DNA from: Callorhinchus milii
Taxonomy: Eukaryota
DNA length: 64,000 nucleotides
Direction: 5' to 3'
Assembly: GCF_018977255.1 (NCBI RefSeq)
Contig: NW_024704742.1
Location: 44,890,001 to 44,954,000, forward strand
Shown: positions 12,150-24,312 of the stretch, in pieces
Position numbering within the stretch: position 1 is the first letter of the stretch
Layout: each line of letters begins with the position of its first letter
Notes under the pieces: model-generated
Told to the model about the DNA's origin: nothing
Databases searched by the model: none
The model's input: the letters and a program-made list of their open reading frames with translations, nothing else
Position numbers and translations under genes: made by a program

Positions 12150-13030
12150 CCCTCCCATGATCATCTGGATATCTTAGGGGTCCATCCTTAGTCGCTCTTT
12201 TTCCTCACCTACTTGAACCCCCTTAGAAACATCATCTGCAAACTTGGGGTTAATTTCTGCATGTTGATAGATGACACCCAAATCTACCTCTACATCGGTC
12301 TTACATTTCATTGATGTTCTGACTGTCTGCCTGTCCGACATCAAGTCCTGGATGTACTTCAACTTCCTTTAGCTGAACATGGACAAGAAGCAAGGTCTCC
12401 TCCTTAGCTCCTATCAAGCCTCCTTGCTTTTGGCTCTGCACTTTTTCCAGACTCTTTTTCAAATTCATGAAATCAGTGCGCAACCTTGCCATTTACTTCA
12501 ATGCTCAGCTCCCTTTCCTCTCTCATATCCAAAGTTGTTTTTCTTCACTTTTGCCACATTAACAATCTCCATCCTTTTCTCATGTCTGATGGAGTTGAAA
12601 TTCTCATCCAAACCTTTGTCACTTCCAATCTAAACTTTTCAAATGGTCTCCTCGTCGGACTCGATTGTTCTACCATCCACAACCTCCAGCTCATTCAACA
12701 ACAACAATAAAATTACATTTGTATAGCACCTTTCACATCGGGAGGATGTCCCAAGGCACTGAAGCTCAGCCGTCCACATTATTATCTGCTTGAAGCTATG
12801 CATGATCAACACCCCTGTCTTCCTCAATTTCTACTATCTCTCTATCTGCCAATGTATCAACTTCAAGATCCCCACTGTCACCTACAATACCCTCAGCCCT
12901 CACACCCTCAACCACTTTGATCTTCTTTCGCCTCACTCACATGCATCCTCTGCTCATCAAACTCAGGCTTGCTGCATTTTCCTCACCTCTTCAACCTCAT
13001 GTCATTATGCTTCACCTTTGAAACTTCCTC
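12150..13030 (+). mobile_element. Old L2 fragment with nested mini-tail insertion
   Basis: gatgacacccaaatctacctct, tgcctgtccgacatcaagtcctggatg, ctcatccaaacctttgtcacttcc (L2 RT). Confidence 0.85.
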
Positions 13031-14018
13031 AAACCTTCCATCTTCCTCCCCACCCTACTCCAACCCCTGTTTGTCTTCATCAGTCAAAATTACCAAGAGC
13101 ATCACAGACGATTGTCTCGATTTCAATATTCCATTGCCGGACACCTTGGAGTCAACTCAGCATCAAAGAGATCCCACTCACCTACGCATACACACTGCAC
13201 CCTGCCCACCCCACCCACCCCCAAGAATAGACTTTTTTACGATAGTATTTCACCTGATAGAAGTCTATACCAGTGTTGAACCTGTAGGAGGAGCTCCAAG
13301 ACTCACAAGCTGCAAAAGATCCTCCAGTATTGATGGATGACTGGACCAGAGCCTATAAAACCTGAAGGCACCCACTGTGCTGCAAACCAATTATTCTGAC
13401 CCATGTAACATGATTTTTCCTTTCATTAAATAGCTTTAAATATTTACTTGCCAAATCATCACCTTTTTAAAAAAATTATAACAGTTGCTTGGCTACTTTA
13501 ACACCAATCATTTTTATATTAGTAAATATAACAATACTTGCAAACTCATAGAAACAAAGTAAAATCAACAGTGACATGACTACACAGACTTCCTATCTGA
13601 GAAATTTAATTATGGATCTGGTAGCACTTTACTCTGTGAACAATCACATACAGTATCAGATTTTGAAATGTAGATAAATTGTAAACACAATACAGGAAGA
13701 ATTTAGACGAAGGCAAAATTCTGTGATTTTATTCCAAGGCAAAATTCATAATAAGTATCAGTTTCCTAAAGATAAACATATTTCAAAATACTTCTCTAAA
13801 AAGATTTTCAATTTACACAAATATCAATTTAGACAACACCAGACATATTAGTATATTTCTTAAGAAGGGCTCCTTGTCATTTGTTTTAACTTGTTTCTAA
13901 TCTGACTGGATTTAATTGAACCCAAATGGAAGAATCCCTTTGTAAATGGATATTGTCAAGGTCACTTAGCAGCAGAAAGCATTTCAGCCCCTTGGATTCT
14001 TTTAAAATCATGCATACG

Positions 14019-14237
14019 AACATAAGAACATAAGAATTAGGAGCAGGAGTAGGCCATTCGGACCCTCGAGCCTGCCCCGCCATTCAATAAGATCATGGCT
14101 GACCTATTCTAACTCCACCTACCCGCCTTATCGCCATATCCCTTAATCCCTTTATCCACAAGAAATCTATCAATCTCAGTCTTAATATGTTCAAGGACTG
14201 AGCATCTCCAGCTCTTTGGAGTAGAGAATTCCAATGG
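14019..14237 (-). mobile_element. CR1 3' end
   Basis: aacataagaacataagaattaggagcaggagtaggccattcgg...gtagagaattcca: CR1 3' UTR with 8-nt terminal repeats. Confidence 0.9.
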
Positions 14238-15779
14238 GTAATTGAGTAGAAAAATGTTTCATGATAGATCCAATGTGCTAATTTTCATAATTTGTCATGG
14301 AACATCACATCTATCACCATAATATACACTACCAAATAGAGTCACTCCACTTTGCAATGCATCTTGTAAAGAATCCTCCTGATGTGAACAGCGCTATGCT
14401 AAATGAAAGGATTATTATTATGCCTTCACTCTCGAGATCCAGGACAGAGATTCTCACATGTCTTTCAAATCTGCCTTTGCTGGAATTATCGGGACTGAGC
14501 AAAATGGGAATTCTTTGGGTGGTGAGTTGGAACCTATCAGTAATCCTGCATCCTAACTATCAAGATGTTGATTCACACAGGTGAGAAATCCTAGCGACTG
14601 CCATGAGATCTCTAGAGTCAATGATTCAGACACTTCTCCAGAAGCACTTCCAATGTATTCATTGGTAACACACATCAGTAGTTGGTCTGCCACAAGTAAA
14701 GTTCCAATGGATATTGGGAGAGCATTGAAGGTATCATGCATCAATCTAGTGACACAGTAGTATAGGAATTGCAGCTTGATTCTCTCATGCTACTGTTGAA
14801 TTGTTGATATCTTTCCCATTATTGTGGGGCAAAATAATCAGAAGAAACTATTTCTTCCCACTTGGCTGCTGTTAACCCTGCAAGCCTAGCCCTAATGGAT
14901 AGAGCAAACAAACAACATACAAAAATTACATTTGTATAGCGCCTTTCACGTCTGGAGCACATTTGCCATACGGTGCTCACTTTATTACATTTTATCTGGT
15001 TCAACTCTAGCCCTACACCAACGCACACTACAGTCCTCCGAGTCTTGGTTCTTGCCATTCTGCACCTAATACTTTCTGGAAATACGTAAACAAGGTGTGT
15101 CCTCCAGATGTGCATTTAATTCTAAGCACATGGACATTTCCGTATATGGATGGAATACATAGTTATAATTCTGTGTCTGGTTTGAATATTGTTCAACATG
15201 GTGATGGGTTTCCACATGTGTAAGACATCCGTCCAACCAAAACAAGCCTGGGGATAATAATAATAATCCTACCATTTGATATAGCACCTAATCACGTCTT
15301 CAAAATGTCTGAAAGCGCTACACAGAACACACTGTAAAGTGAATTGACTGTATATTTTGTGGGCGAAGATATGAGTGGCCTAAGGGCACAAGGAGGGAAA
15401 TCTATATTGTTGCAGACAGAATAAAATGAAATACCAGGAAGTTAACAATTCTTTTATTAAACAGCCAGTTGGTGAAAACGTAACTTAAAAACTTCTCAAA
15501 CTACATAAAACCACATAAAGCCAAGCATCATAACTTTCAGATATATTTAATTCCCATTATAATATTCTAATAAAAATAAATAAAATATGGATAAACGAGT
15601 TAGAAATCTGAAGTAGCTAAATTCGTAGTTAATTGTGATAGAACGAGTATATTGATCTACAATTGATATATGTAAATGATGACCCAGTTACAACACATTT
15701 TGTCCAATTAAGGATGGGGAGATGCCAACCACTCATAAAGCACTCTAGCCATTGCCAAGACATATTTGAAATGCTTTGT

Positions 15780-15948
15780 TCTTGCCTAACATTGACAATC
15801 TTATCACTTTGCAGGGGGGGATATAAAAGACTACAGGCAAAGAGCAGGGAACTAGGATTATGATGGATGGCATCTTGGAAAGGGAAATGCCAACATGAAA
15901 AAATGGACCAAATGGCTTCCTACTGTGTTGAACATTTCTGTGATTCAA
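15780..15948 (+). mobile_element. CR1 3' end, degenerate
   Basis: atggaccaaatggcttcctactgtgttgaacatttctgtgattc terminus. Confidence 0.65.
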
Positions 15949-16524
15949 TGGTTCTTTTCTTATTTTAATATTTCCAGTTCTGTCCTCTGCATTCTCTGAA
16001 ATCTCTTATTCTGGGCTAGCATTGCTTCGTATGCGTCTTCTGCTTTAAACCCAGCATTTCCGATTGTAATTCAAAACATGTCATGATTCCCATTAACAGC
16101 ATTTACATTCAATATTCCCTCATCCAGCTATAATCATCACACCGTAAGAATAAAGCCATTTTCCAGCCGTTATGTTAAACATGAATATCGATAACAACAT
16201 CAACAACAACTTGCATTTACATAGTGCCCTTCACTCTCGACAGTGTCTCAGACACTTAACAGTTTCTGATTGTGATTTGAATGGAAGTGCACCTGTTATA
16301 TTCCAGCTGATCTTTTTCTCTCTGAGCATAGCAACCACTCGTTGTTCATCCGTTTCAGCAGGTATGTGTTTGCTTCTGCTCATTATCTTCCCTGCCCTCT
16401 GTAATGAAAAGAAGCAGTTCTCGTGAGAGCCAAATCATTGGAGTAGGACAGGGGTGGCAGAAAGGAATTGATACTGTACTACATTTTTTCCCAGTCACAT
16501 TTGCTAAGCCTCTGTTCCTTTTTT

Positions 16525-16885
16525 ATAATAATAATAATGATCCTTGCATTTGATGTAGCACCTTATTACATCGTCAAGATATCTCAAAGTACTTCACAGG
16601 ATATACTGAAGTAGATTGATTGAATTTGGTGAGCAAAACCCGCAGCCAGTTTGTGCACACACCATTTGTGGGACATTGTGCTATGGTATCTTTAATATCT
16701 ACCTGAACAGGCAGATGGGAGCCATTTTTAATGTCTCATCCAAAGGACGGCACCTCCGACAATGCAACAAACTACTAGGACCTCACTGGAGCGTCAGCTT
16801 ATTGTGATCCAAGTCCTCTTTTGGGGCTTGAATCCACAACCTTCTAACTCAAAGTTACAGTGCTATCTCTGAGCTAGGCTGACAT
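16525..16885 (-). mobile_element. Deu-domain SINE
   Basis: (TAA)n tail, catccaaaggacggcacctccgacaatgca core, head gagctaggctgaca. Confidence 0.88.
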
Positions 16886-16909
16886 TTACCTTTCCTACTT
16901 CTAAAACCC

Positions 16910-17348
16910 ATTGCGTTTGAGACATCTTAATGACACCTTATCAAGTTACTGAAATGGCTCAAAGTGCTTCACAAGTTTTATTGTAAATTGTAGTAACTGT
17001 GAATTTGTAGGTAAACGCAGGAGCCAATTTGCATACAGCATTGTTTCACTAGCAGCCATGAAGTAAAAGATCAATTTTATCTCAGGGATTTTTGGCCAGG
17101 ACACAGGGAGAAACTCCCGTCTCATTTTGAATGGTTCTATGAAATCTTTAATGTCCATCTGAGGAGATAGACAGGAACTCGGTTTTACATCTCATCTGAA
17201 GGATGGCACCTCCGACAATGTAGCATTCCCCCAGCACTGTATTGCAGTGTCAGCATAGACTGTGAAGTCAAAGTCTCCCACATGAAGTTTGAATCCATAT
17301 TCTTCTCACTCAGAGGCAAGTGCGCTGCTAACTGAGCCAGGTTGACAC
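16910..17348 (-). mobile_element. Deu-domain SINE
   Basis: catctcatctgaaggatggcacctccgacaatg core; actcagaggcaagtgcgctgctaactgagccaggttgaca head. Confidence 0.9.
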
Positions 17349-17439
17349 ATTTACTTACATCTTTTGCAACTTGTTGACCCTCAGTCAATCTTTCCCACGC
17401 ACACATCCTTTTGCATATTATTGCCCTGCCGGTTATTCC

Positions 17440-17770
17440 TGAATTCACTGTCTGAAATCACTTCACAGGTAATTTCTGGCAAGTACAGTGATTGTATATT
17501 TGTGGGCAAACAAAGCAACAATGTTTGCATACAGCAAGCTTCAACAAACAGTCATGAAATTAATTATTAATTTATTTGCAGGATTTGTTGGCCAGGACAC
17601 TGTGTAGAAATTATCTTTTCTTTTTCAATAGTATCATGGGATCTTTTTCTGCTTCTTGTCTCATCCAAACAGCATTACCTCTGACAATGCAACTGCACAG
17701 TCCCCTAGCATTGTGCTGGAATGTAAGGCGAGAGGATGAACATACTCAGAAGTGAATCAGGCACAACACT
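17440..17770 (-). mobile_element. Deu-domain SINE, older
   Basis: gttggccaggacac, tctcatccaaacagcattacctctgacaatgca. Confidence 0.75.
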
Positions 17771-18104
17771 GTCACTTGTTTTGCAATTGTGCCAGTTCCA
17801 GAATATTGCAACATCCACAAGTATGTGACCTTTACTCGTTTTGGGGTGATTTCCACAGTTGACGCAGTTAGCGGCTGCCAGAGCTGAATAATCATTCTGT
17901 CGTTCTTTAAAGCTTTAAGTGGCCTTCACTAGCTTTGAACAGGAACAATCAAGTTGCTTCCCCAATCCAGCTGCTGTTCCCATTCAAATTAAAGTGTCAC
18001 TCACTGTTAAGACCTTGGATCAGTATTGTGATACGGTCTAGCACTGTTTTTTTATTTTAAAAGCACTGAGGCCAAGTTGTCACTTCTACAGATTATGATG
18101 ATGG

Positions 18105-18305
18105 ATCATAGAATACTTACAACATAAAGAAGGCTATTCAGCTCATTATGTCTGTGCTGGTGTGTGCTACTCTAATCCCATCCCTCCTCTCTTTCCCCAT
18201 ACTCTTTAATATTAATTTTCTTATTTTTGTATGGAACACATGTGAAATGCTGCTATTGATTCCTATTAAATAATTATTCATGGTAAAATATTTCACATTC
18301 TAACA
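18105..18305 (-). mobile_element. CR1 3' end, degenerate
   Basis: tcatagaatacttacaacataaagaaggctattcagctcatt start. Confidence 0.65.
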
Positions 18306-18329
18306 AAGAGGGTAATTATCGACCGCACT

Positions 18330-18445
18330 TATGGCCACCTCTCCCTTCCCCCCGGCTCAGAGTCAGGCTCCTCCACTGTTAAGCGCTCAGAGACTTTATC
18401 CTGAGTGGAGGGCTCTGTATAATTATGAGTTGTTGTTGTTGTTGT
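18330..18445 (+). mobile_element. L2-type 3' tail variant
   Basis: agcgctcagagactttatcctgagtggagggctctgtataattatgag(TTG)n. Confidence 0.75.
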
Positions 18446-18629
18446 GGATCAGGTTGCTAGGAAGGGTGGTTGAGCCCAGGATCTTGGACTCAATTTTAAA
18501 CAAAAGCTTGATGCTGTGTGGGGTGTTGGGAATTCTGGAAGCATGAAATTGGAAGGACCAAAGGGCCTTCAATCAAACATCTCGTGATCTTGCTGAGAGT
18601 TGCTGCTTACACATGGCAATATTCCTCTG

Positions 18630-18880
18630 TATGGAATCTTGGTTACCTATTTCCACAGAGAATTAGGTCCGGGTTGGCAAGATCCAAGATTTGGGGGCTC
18701 AGAGTATAAATTGGGATACTGAAGAGTTTGAACCAGCTAAAAAAAAACTTAACATTGAGAGAGCAGTCTGACAAGATGCTTGTCTTGCTGGGCCTATCTA
18801 TTAGTGCTTTGGTTTCCAGGCTTAACAGAAGCCGAATGGGAAGAATCCCTGCTGCTTCTCCGCCCCTCTAAGTTCTGCTG
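18630..18880 (-). mobile_element. Fragment of a decayed I-group-like LINE (RT thumb)
   Basis: Aligns by eye with 50160-50400; minus frame AAGILPIRLLLSLETKALI. Confidence 0.6.
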
Positions 18881-20411
18881 ACAAACCAAGTTGACTGGAG
18901 ACCCTACGTTCCTCCTTCCTTAGGAGGATATTCTCAAAATTGGATTCAGTACACCAAATGAGACCTAACAGTGTCTGATACAACTTCAGCATTAACTCTT
19001 TGTGCCTATTAATTGGTCCAATACATAAAATCTAGAAATCCATATTTTATGGTCTTCTCTGCACACGCTCCCAATTTTAAAGTCCTGCTTATCTGCACTT
19101 TATCTTTATAATCCCTAGTGACCTTTTGAATTCTGAATAATTTAATTGAATAAACATGTTTTGATACTTTCTTGCAGTCCTACATTAATAGCTTCGATGT
19201 GTTAACCTGTCACTGAGGCATTTATTTTGCTTACTAAAAGGGCTGGTGGGGTGGTTATTTTAATAAATAATGATGATGCCTTGCATTTGATATAACGCCT
19301 TATCCCATCTTCGAGACCTCCTAAAGCACTTCACAGAATATACAGTAAAGTGAATTTACTCTCTATTTTGTGGGCGAAACACTAATATTTAATATATATA
19401 TTTATATTAAGTAAATTGATATAATTTATCTGCTCATTGTACATGTGATATGATTGATTCATTTAAGTGCCATGAAGTCAGTTGTTTAAATTGTCAGTTG
19501 CCACACCTCTTCAAAAACCTGTCATTTTGTTTAACAGAGACCCTTTTCCAAGAGGTCTGATTGACTGTGAGCTACTTTCTGCACAACAAAACAGTATATC
19601 GTCCCGATGATGGAATATTATAAAGGATTCATGCATGTGAAAGAGCCATAAATCAAACGTGACTTTCGTGCAGACTGTCACTGTGCAAGATTCTGTTTAA
19701 CCTATCTTTTTGACATTATCTGCAATGCAGGACCTTGAGTAATAAACACTGCAATTTAATGTTGCTCATATATTCATTGCAGTTATTTCTCTTTTTCGTA
19801 GGCTCCCAAACCAATGTTACCTCCTGTGTAATAAATGTAGCTTGTTACTGGGCAGGTGTTTCCTACAGTAATTGTAGTCGCAAGCAGCAAGTGAAAAGTA
19901 TTTGGATGTTTACTTTAGTAAACATAGGATTTCATTTTATACCTTTGTTTTAGTATTTTGTTTGTAATAACAGATTTCTTAACGAATATCTGTAAATATG
20001 TCCCTTCATTAGACTTTTCATAAAGTGACCCCCATAATACATAATTCCGTCTTCTAGATCAGCTACCACCAGCCTGATGTAAAAAAAATAGAGGAAACTG
20101 GCTATCTAGTCAGTTTCCTGACCTTGGGAGTGCTGGTTTGAATTTCTAAAAGGAGTATATACATTGGGATTGCCTGAACTCCTCATTTGGAGTCAGAGTT
20201 AGAACTCCGAATAATGGAGTTTCAGGGATTATATGTTCCTGGCTTTAACCAGAAAACTGATCATGTAAAGTCAGTGACCTTTTTTTAACTGGCAATTGAT
20301 CACTGGATCAGGAGAATCTGACTCCAGGTAATAATGATAACAGGAGGCCATTCCAATGCTCTTCACAGAATATACTGTAAAGTGCAGTAACTGTGTGTTT
20401 TATTGAGCAAT

Positions 20412-20778
20412 GTGGAGTCCTGTAGCTCAGTAGTTAGAGCACTCGCCTCGCAAGCGAGAGACCTGGGCTCGATTCCCAGCTCGGCAAAATGTTGAGCAAG
20501 TTTCTTTACTCCACACGCAATTTGTACCTAGCAGTAAGTAGGAACCCAGTTGTGAGTTGATTTGCAGACTGCTTTTCCAGGGGTAATAATTCCTTAAAAA
20601 CATAATAAATTGGTCACTTCATTCCACGACTGTTTGTGGGACACTGCTGTGCACAATTGGCTGCCGCGTTTTGCCCACAAAATATAGTCAATTTCCTTTA
20701 CAGTATATTCTGTGAAGAACTTCGGGATGCGTCAAAGACGTGATAAAGCGTTATATCAAATGCAAGGATTATTATTAT
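20412..20778 (+). mobile_element. tRNA-Ala-derived SINE, long form, full length
   Basis: Anticodon-like arm ctcgc-ctCGCaa-gcgag; long-form segment; (TTA)n tail; atgtgg repeated at 20410-20415 and 20779-20784. Confidence 0.95.
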
Positions 20779-21307
20779 ATGTGGTTTGTAAAGGTCTGTA
20801 ATTAATATTAATTCAGGTTGCTTCCTTTGCTAATTAAGACAAGGAATGCCTCAAGGAATATCGTAAACTTGTCCATTGATTCATTTCTATTTTTGTGCCA
20901 AGAACCGTTCACTTCACTTTATCGATAATTCAGTCAAAAGCTTTTACAAGTATTTGATTTCATCAATTTGGAGCCAAATAGTATAATTTCAATATTCCCT
21001 CATTCTTTCTTGACTGACTTATAAATAGAATTATTTGTCCAATTTTATTAAGTTGATTGAACTGATCCAGCCTCTCTCCTTTCTTGCTTAGATCGGGTGA
21101 AATATAACACTGAGTTCACCACGTTTATCACTGCACCAAATGTAGTGTAGTAAATATATCTGGATACAAGGCACAGGGGCCATGCAGCCAAATTACATTA
21201 ATCTGCTCACATTCATAATGATAGCTAACAGGTTAGCAGCTTTAACAACATTTCTAATTTTAAATATTAATTTTCTTTTACATGTTGGATTCTAGCAGTA
21301 AGAGTAT

Positions 21308-21738
21308 TAATAATAATAATCCTCACTTTTGATATAGTGCCTCGTCAAGTCGTTGAGACGTCTCAAAGCACTTCACAGGATACACAGTGAAGTGAATTCA
21401 CTGTGAATTTATGTAGGTGAAATGCGACAGCCAGTTTTGCATACTAATGTCCCACACACAGTCATGGGTTGGGGGGATTTGTTAGCCACAACACTGGGAG
21501 AAACTCCATTCTGTTTTCGAAAAGGGCCATGGGATCTTTAACGTTCACCTGAACTGATAGATGGTGTCTTGGTTTAACATCTTATCCGAAGGACAGCACC
21601 TCTGACAATGCAACGCTCCCCCAGCACTGCATTAGATGTCAGCTTAGATAATGTGATTCCACATCCTGACATGGGGTTTGAATCCAGAACTTTCTGACTC
21701 AGAGGAGAGATTGCTATTCTTGCGCCAGGCAGACACAC
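21308..21738 (-). mobile_element. Deu-domain SINE, near full length
   Basis: Tail, ggtttaacatcttatccgaaggacagcacctctgacaatgca core, tctgactcagagg...gccaggcagacac head. Confidence 0.92.
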
Positions 21739-23282
21739 GTTTGGGACTTTGAACTCCTGGTCTAGGTTGACACTACAATACTGTGCTGCAGGAGTGCTTA
21801 ATTATCTGAAATCCTGTTGTTTGGATGAGACATTGTGCTGAGTTTCTGCTTAAAGTGATTGAACCTGAAGGTGGAGCTCTAACACTCACTGTATCGGGAG
21901 AAGAATGATTTGGACTGGGCTCGGTTTTGTACCTTCAGTTGCCCATTAGAAACACTGGCTATTTTTTACGCAACATTATTTTTGGCTATCTGGAGGGCTT
22001 TTAGATATTGATTTAACCACTGTTATTTCTAGTCTGACTTATTTAGGTCCCCATCTTATTCCAGTGTCATTAAAAAATGATATTGGCAATCATAAGTAAT
22101 GATCCATTGAAACAATATCACTGAAATAAAATACTCTGAAGACCGGATGTCTTTATTTCTCCATCATGCACATTAGTAATGAACAACAAAAAATACACTA
22201 TTTCACTGAATTCAATTAAATGCTATCAGTGCAACAGAAAACGAAATTGCAATGTCACTGCAGGACAAAGCTGAGATTTCAACTGATTACTAAAGCACCA
22301 CTGGTCTCATTGCAAATTCCCTGCAAGATTTCAGGCTGTTCTTCTCAAACGCACAAGAAGGAAGATTAATGCAGCAAGAAATAAGTATCATTTTTTTGAT
22401 AAGGTTTCCGCAGAAGTGAAATTCCCCACCAGGCTATAAGTGGCCTATTTACAACACTGCAACGCTAAATGCACAGCTGGACTGCACGGCTCTGTGTTCT
22501 GTGATTATGCTATTGAGAAAAGTACTATGTTTGTGAATCCCCCGTAGTTTAATTTAATAACAAATGAGATGTGAAGATGTGTATAGTGTATCTTTTGATT
22601 TTTACCACAATGGATTGCATTTTATTACCTGACTAAGGCTTGTGGCAAAGCATGTCCTGCATTCATAAGATCTTTTATAAGCAGTCACTTTTAAATCACT
22701 AAATCTTAAGTATTTCACAGTAGTCTAACAGATTTAGGGACAATACATTCTGGCATTAGATAATACCACCTAATAGATTTTTATATCAGCAGCTTATTGA
22801 ATATTGCCCTTTCAGATGCATTACTTTCTATATTGAAATACAGCAGTTTGCAGACTAATATGCCTGGCATAAATGATCCTTACTGGCTTTGGACTTTGTA
22901 GAAATTTTATTTAGGCTCTCAGTATCAAGCATTTTGACTGTAATTTGCCCTAACTACCATGACGGTTACAGAGAAGAAGATAAACAACACAACCTCACTA
23001 GTCACTTTCCATTCGCCCTTTGACTCTGAAAAGGCAAGCCTGCTCCTGAATGGAGAACCACATTAAAGATAGGTGTGCTTTCCCACTGCTGCTATTAAAA
23101 TATCCCAGGTCACATGGAGAGTAAACCAGCATTTCACTGCTGTGTTATAATTACACAATATGCTTGTATTAGACGACACGACCGCTTATTTTGCAGTACA
23201 TATATTAGGATAAATCTGTGCTATTCTTTAAAGCAGTGGTGGCCAACCTGAGGCCCACAGGAACTTCCCCACCTCCCTCAAA

Positions 23283-23388
23283 CAAGGGAGAGTGAGATTG
23301 ATTTTGATAGCTCTTTTCAAAGAGCCGGCACAGACACAATGGGCCAAATGGCCTCCTTCTGTGCTGTGTAATTCTATGATTCTATGAA
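23283..23388 (+). mobile_element. CR1 3' end
   Basis: atgggccaaatggcctccttctgtgctgtgtaattctatgattctatga. Confidence 0.88.
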
Positions 23389-23988
23389 GTCTAGAAAAGC
23401 CCGCGTTTGACCAGTGATGTGTTTTTATTTTATGGCATGAGTCAAGAAATATTCAATCAAGAAAATGTATTTTGTTGGCCAACCATAAAGGTCAACCATC
23501 AGAAGGTGCCTCTCAGTTGTACCCCTGAGAAAAACAATATTGTTTCTGTTGTAAATGAGAACCCCAATGGGCTCTAGATCATTTTTGGTTGTTCAATATT
23601 GATCTCTCAAGGTTGATCTGGTCAGGAGGCTGAATCCATCCTCTCATAGGACAAACAATTAATGGTTAGTGATCAGGCATACTGGTCCCCAAGCCTATGG
23701 CTGGCCGTGAGATATTTTTGAAGCAGATGAGATAACACATTTGATTATACATTGAATCTGTTAAGAAAGATCACGTTTTGCACCTTTTAGGGAACTGACA
23801 AGTGACTCTGGTATCAGAACCCTGGCTCTTTTTCATGCAACATTATTTTTGGTTATATAGGAAGGACTTTTTCATATGGAAGTAACCACTGTTATTCTAA
23901 ATACAACTGTTTCACACTCATTTTGCTAAAAGTAGTGATCTTTTCATTTTGAGTTTACAAACTATGTATGATAGACCTCTGCATGCCA

Positions 23989-24185
23989 TTGCTCTTTGAC
24001 CGTGTCATCAGCTCCCCTCTCGACTCTCTATCCACTCCTCACTCCCTCCCTTCCCTCCCCTCCCCTCACCCTGACCATTTCCCCGTTGCTCGGGTCCTGA
24101 CCCAACTGTATAGCGCCTTGGGACGTCCTCCCAACGTGAAAGGCGCTCTAGAAATGGAATCTTGTTGTTGTTGTTGTTGCTCTTT
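23989..24185 (+). mobile_element. Short L2 3' insertion with 9-bp TSD
   Basis: Close match to the 3' end of the 7169-8768 L2; ttgctcttt at 23989-23997 and 24177-24185. Confidence 0.93.
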
Positions 24186-24312
24186 CACAAGTGCAACATG
24201 CCCATACCTGTAAAATACTGCAAGCACAAGGAATAATTTTGTAACTGGCAGAACTGTAGACGTTCACGGCACAGAAGAAGATCATTCAGCCCATTGTATT
24301 TGTGTCGACACC

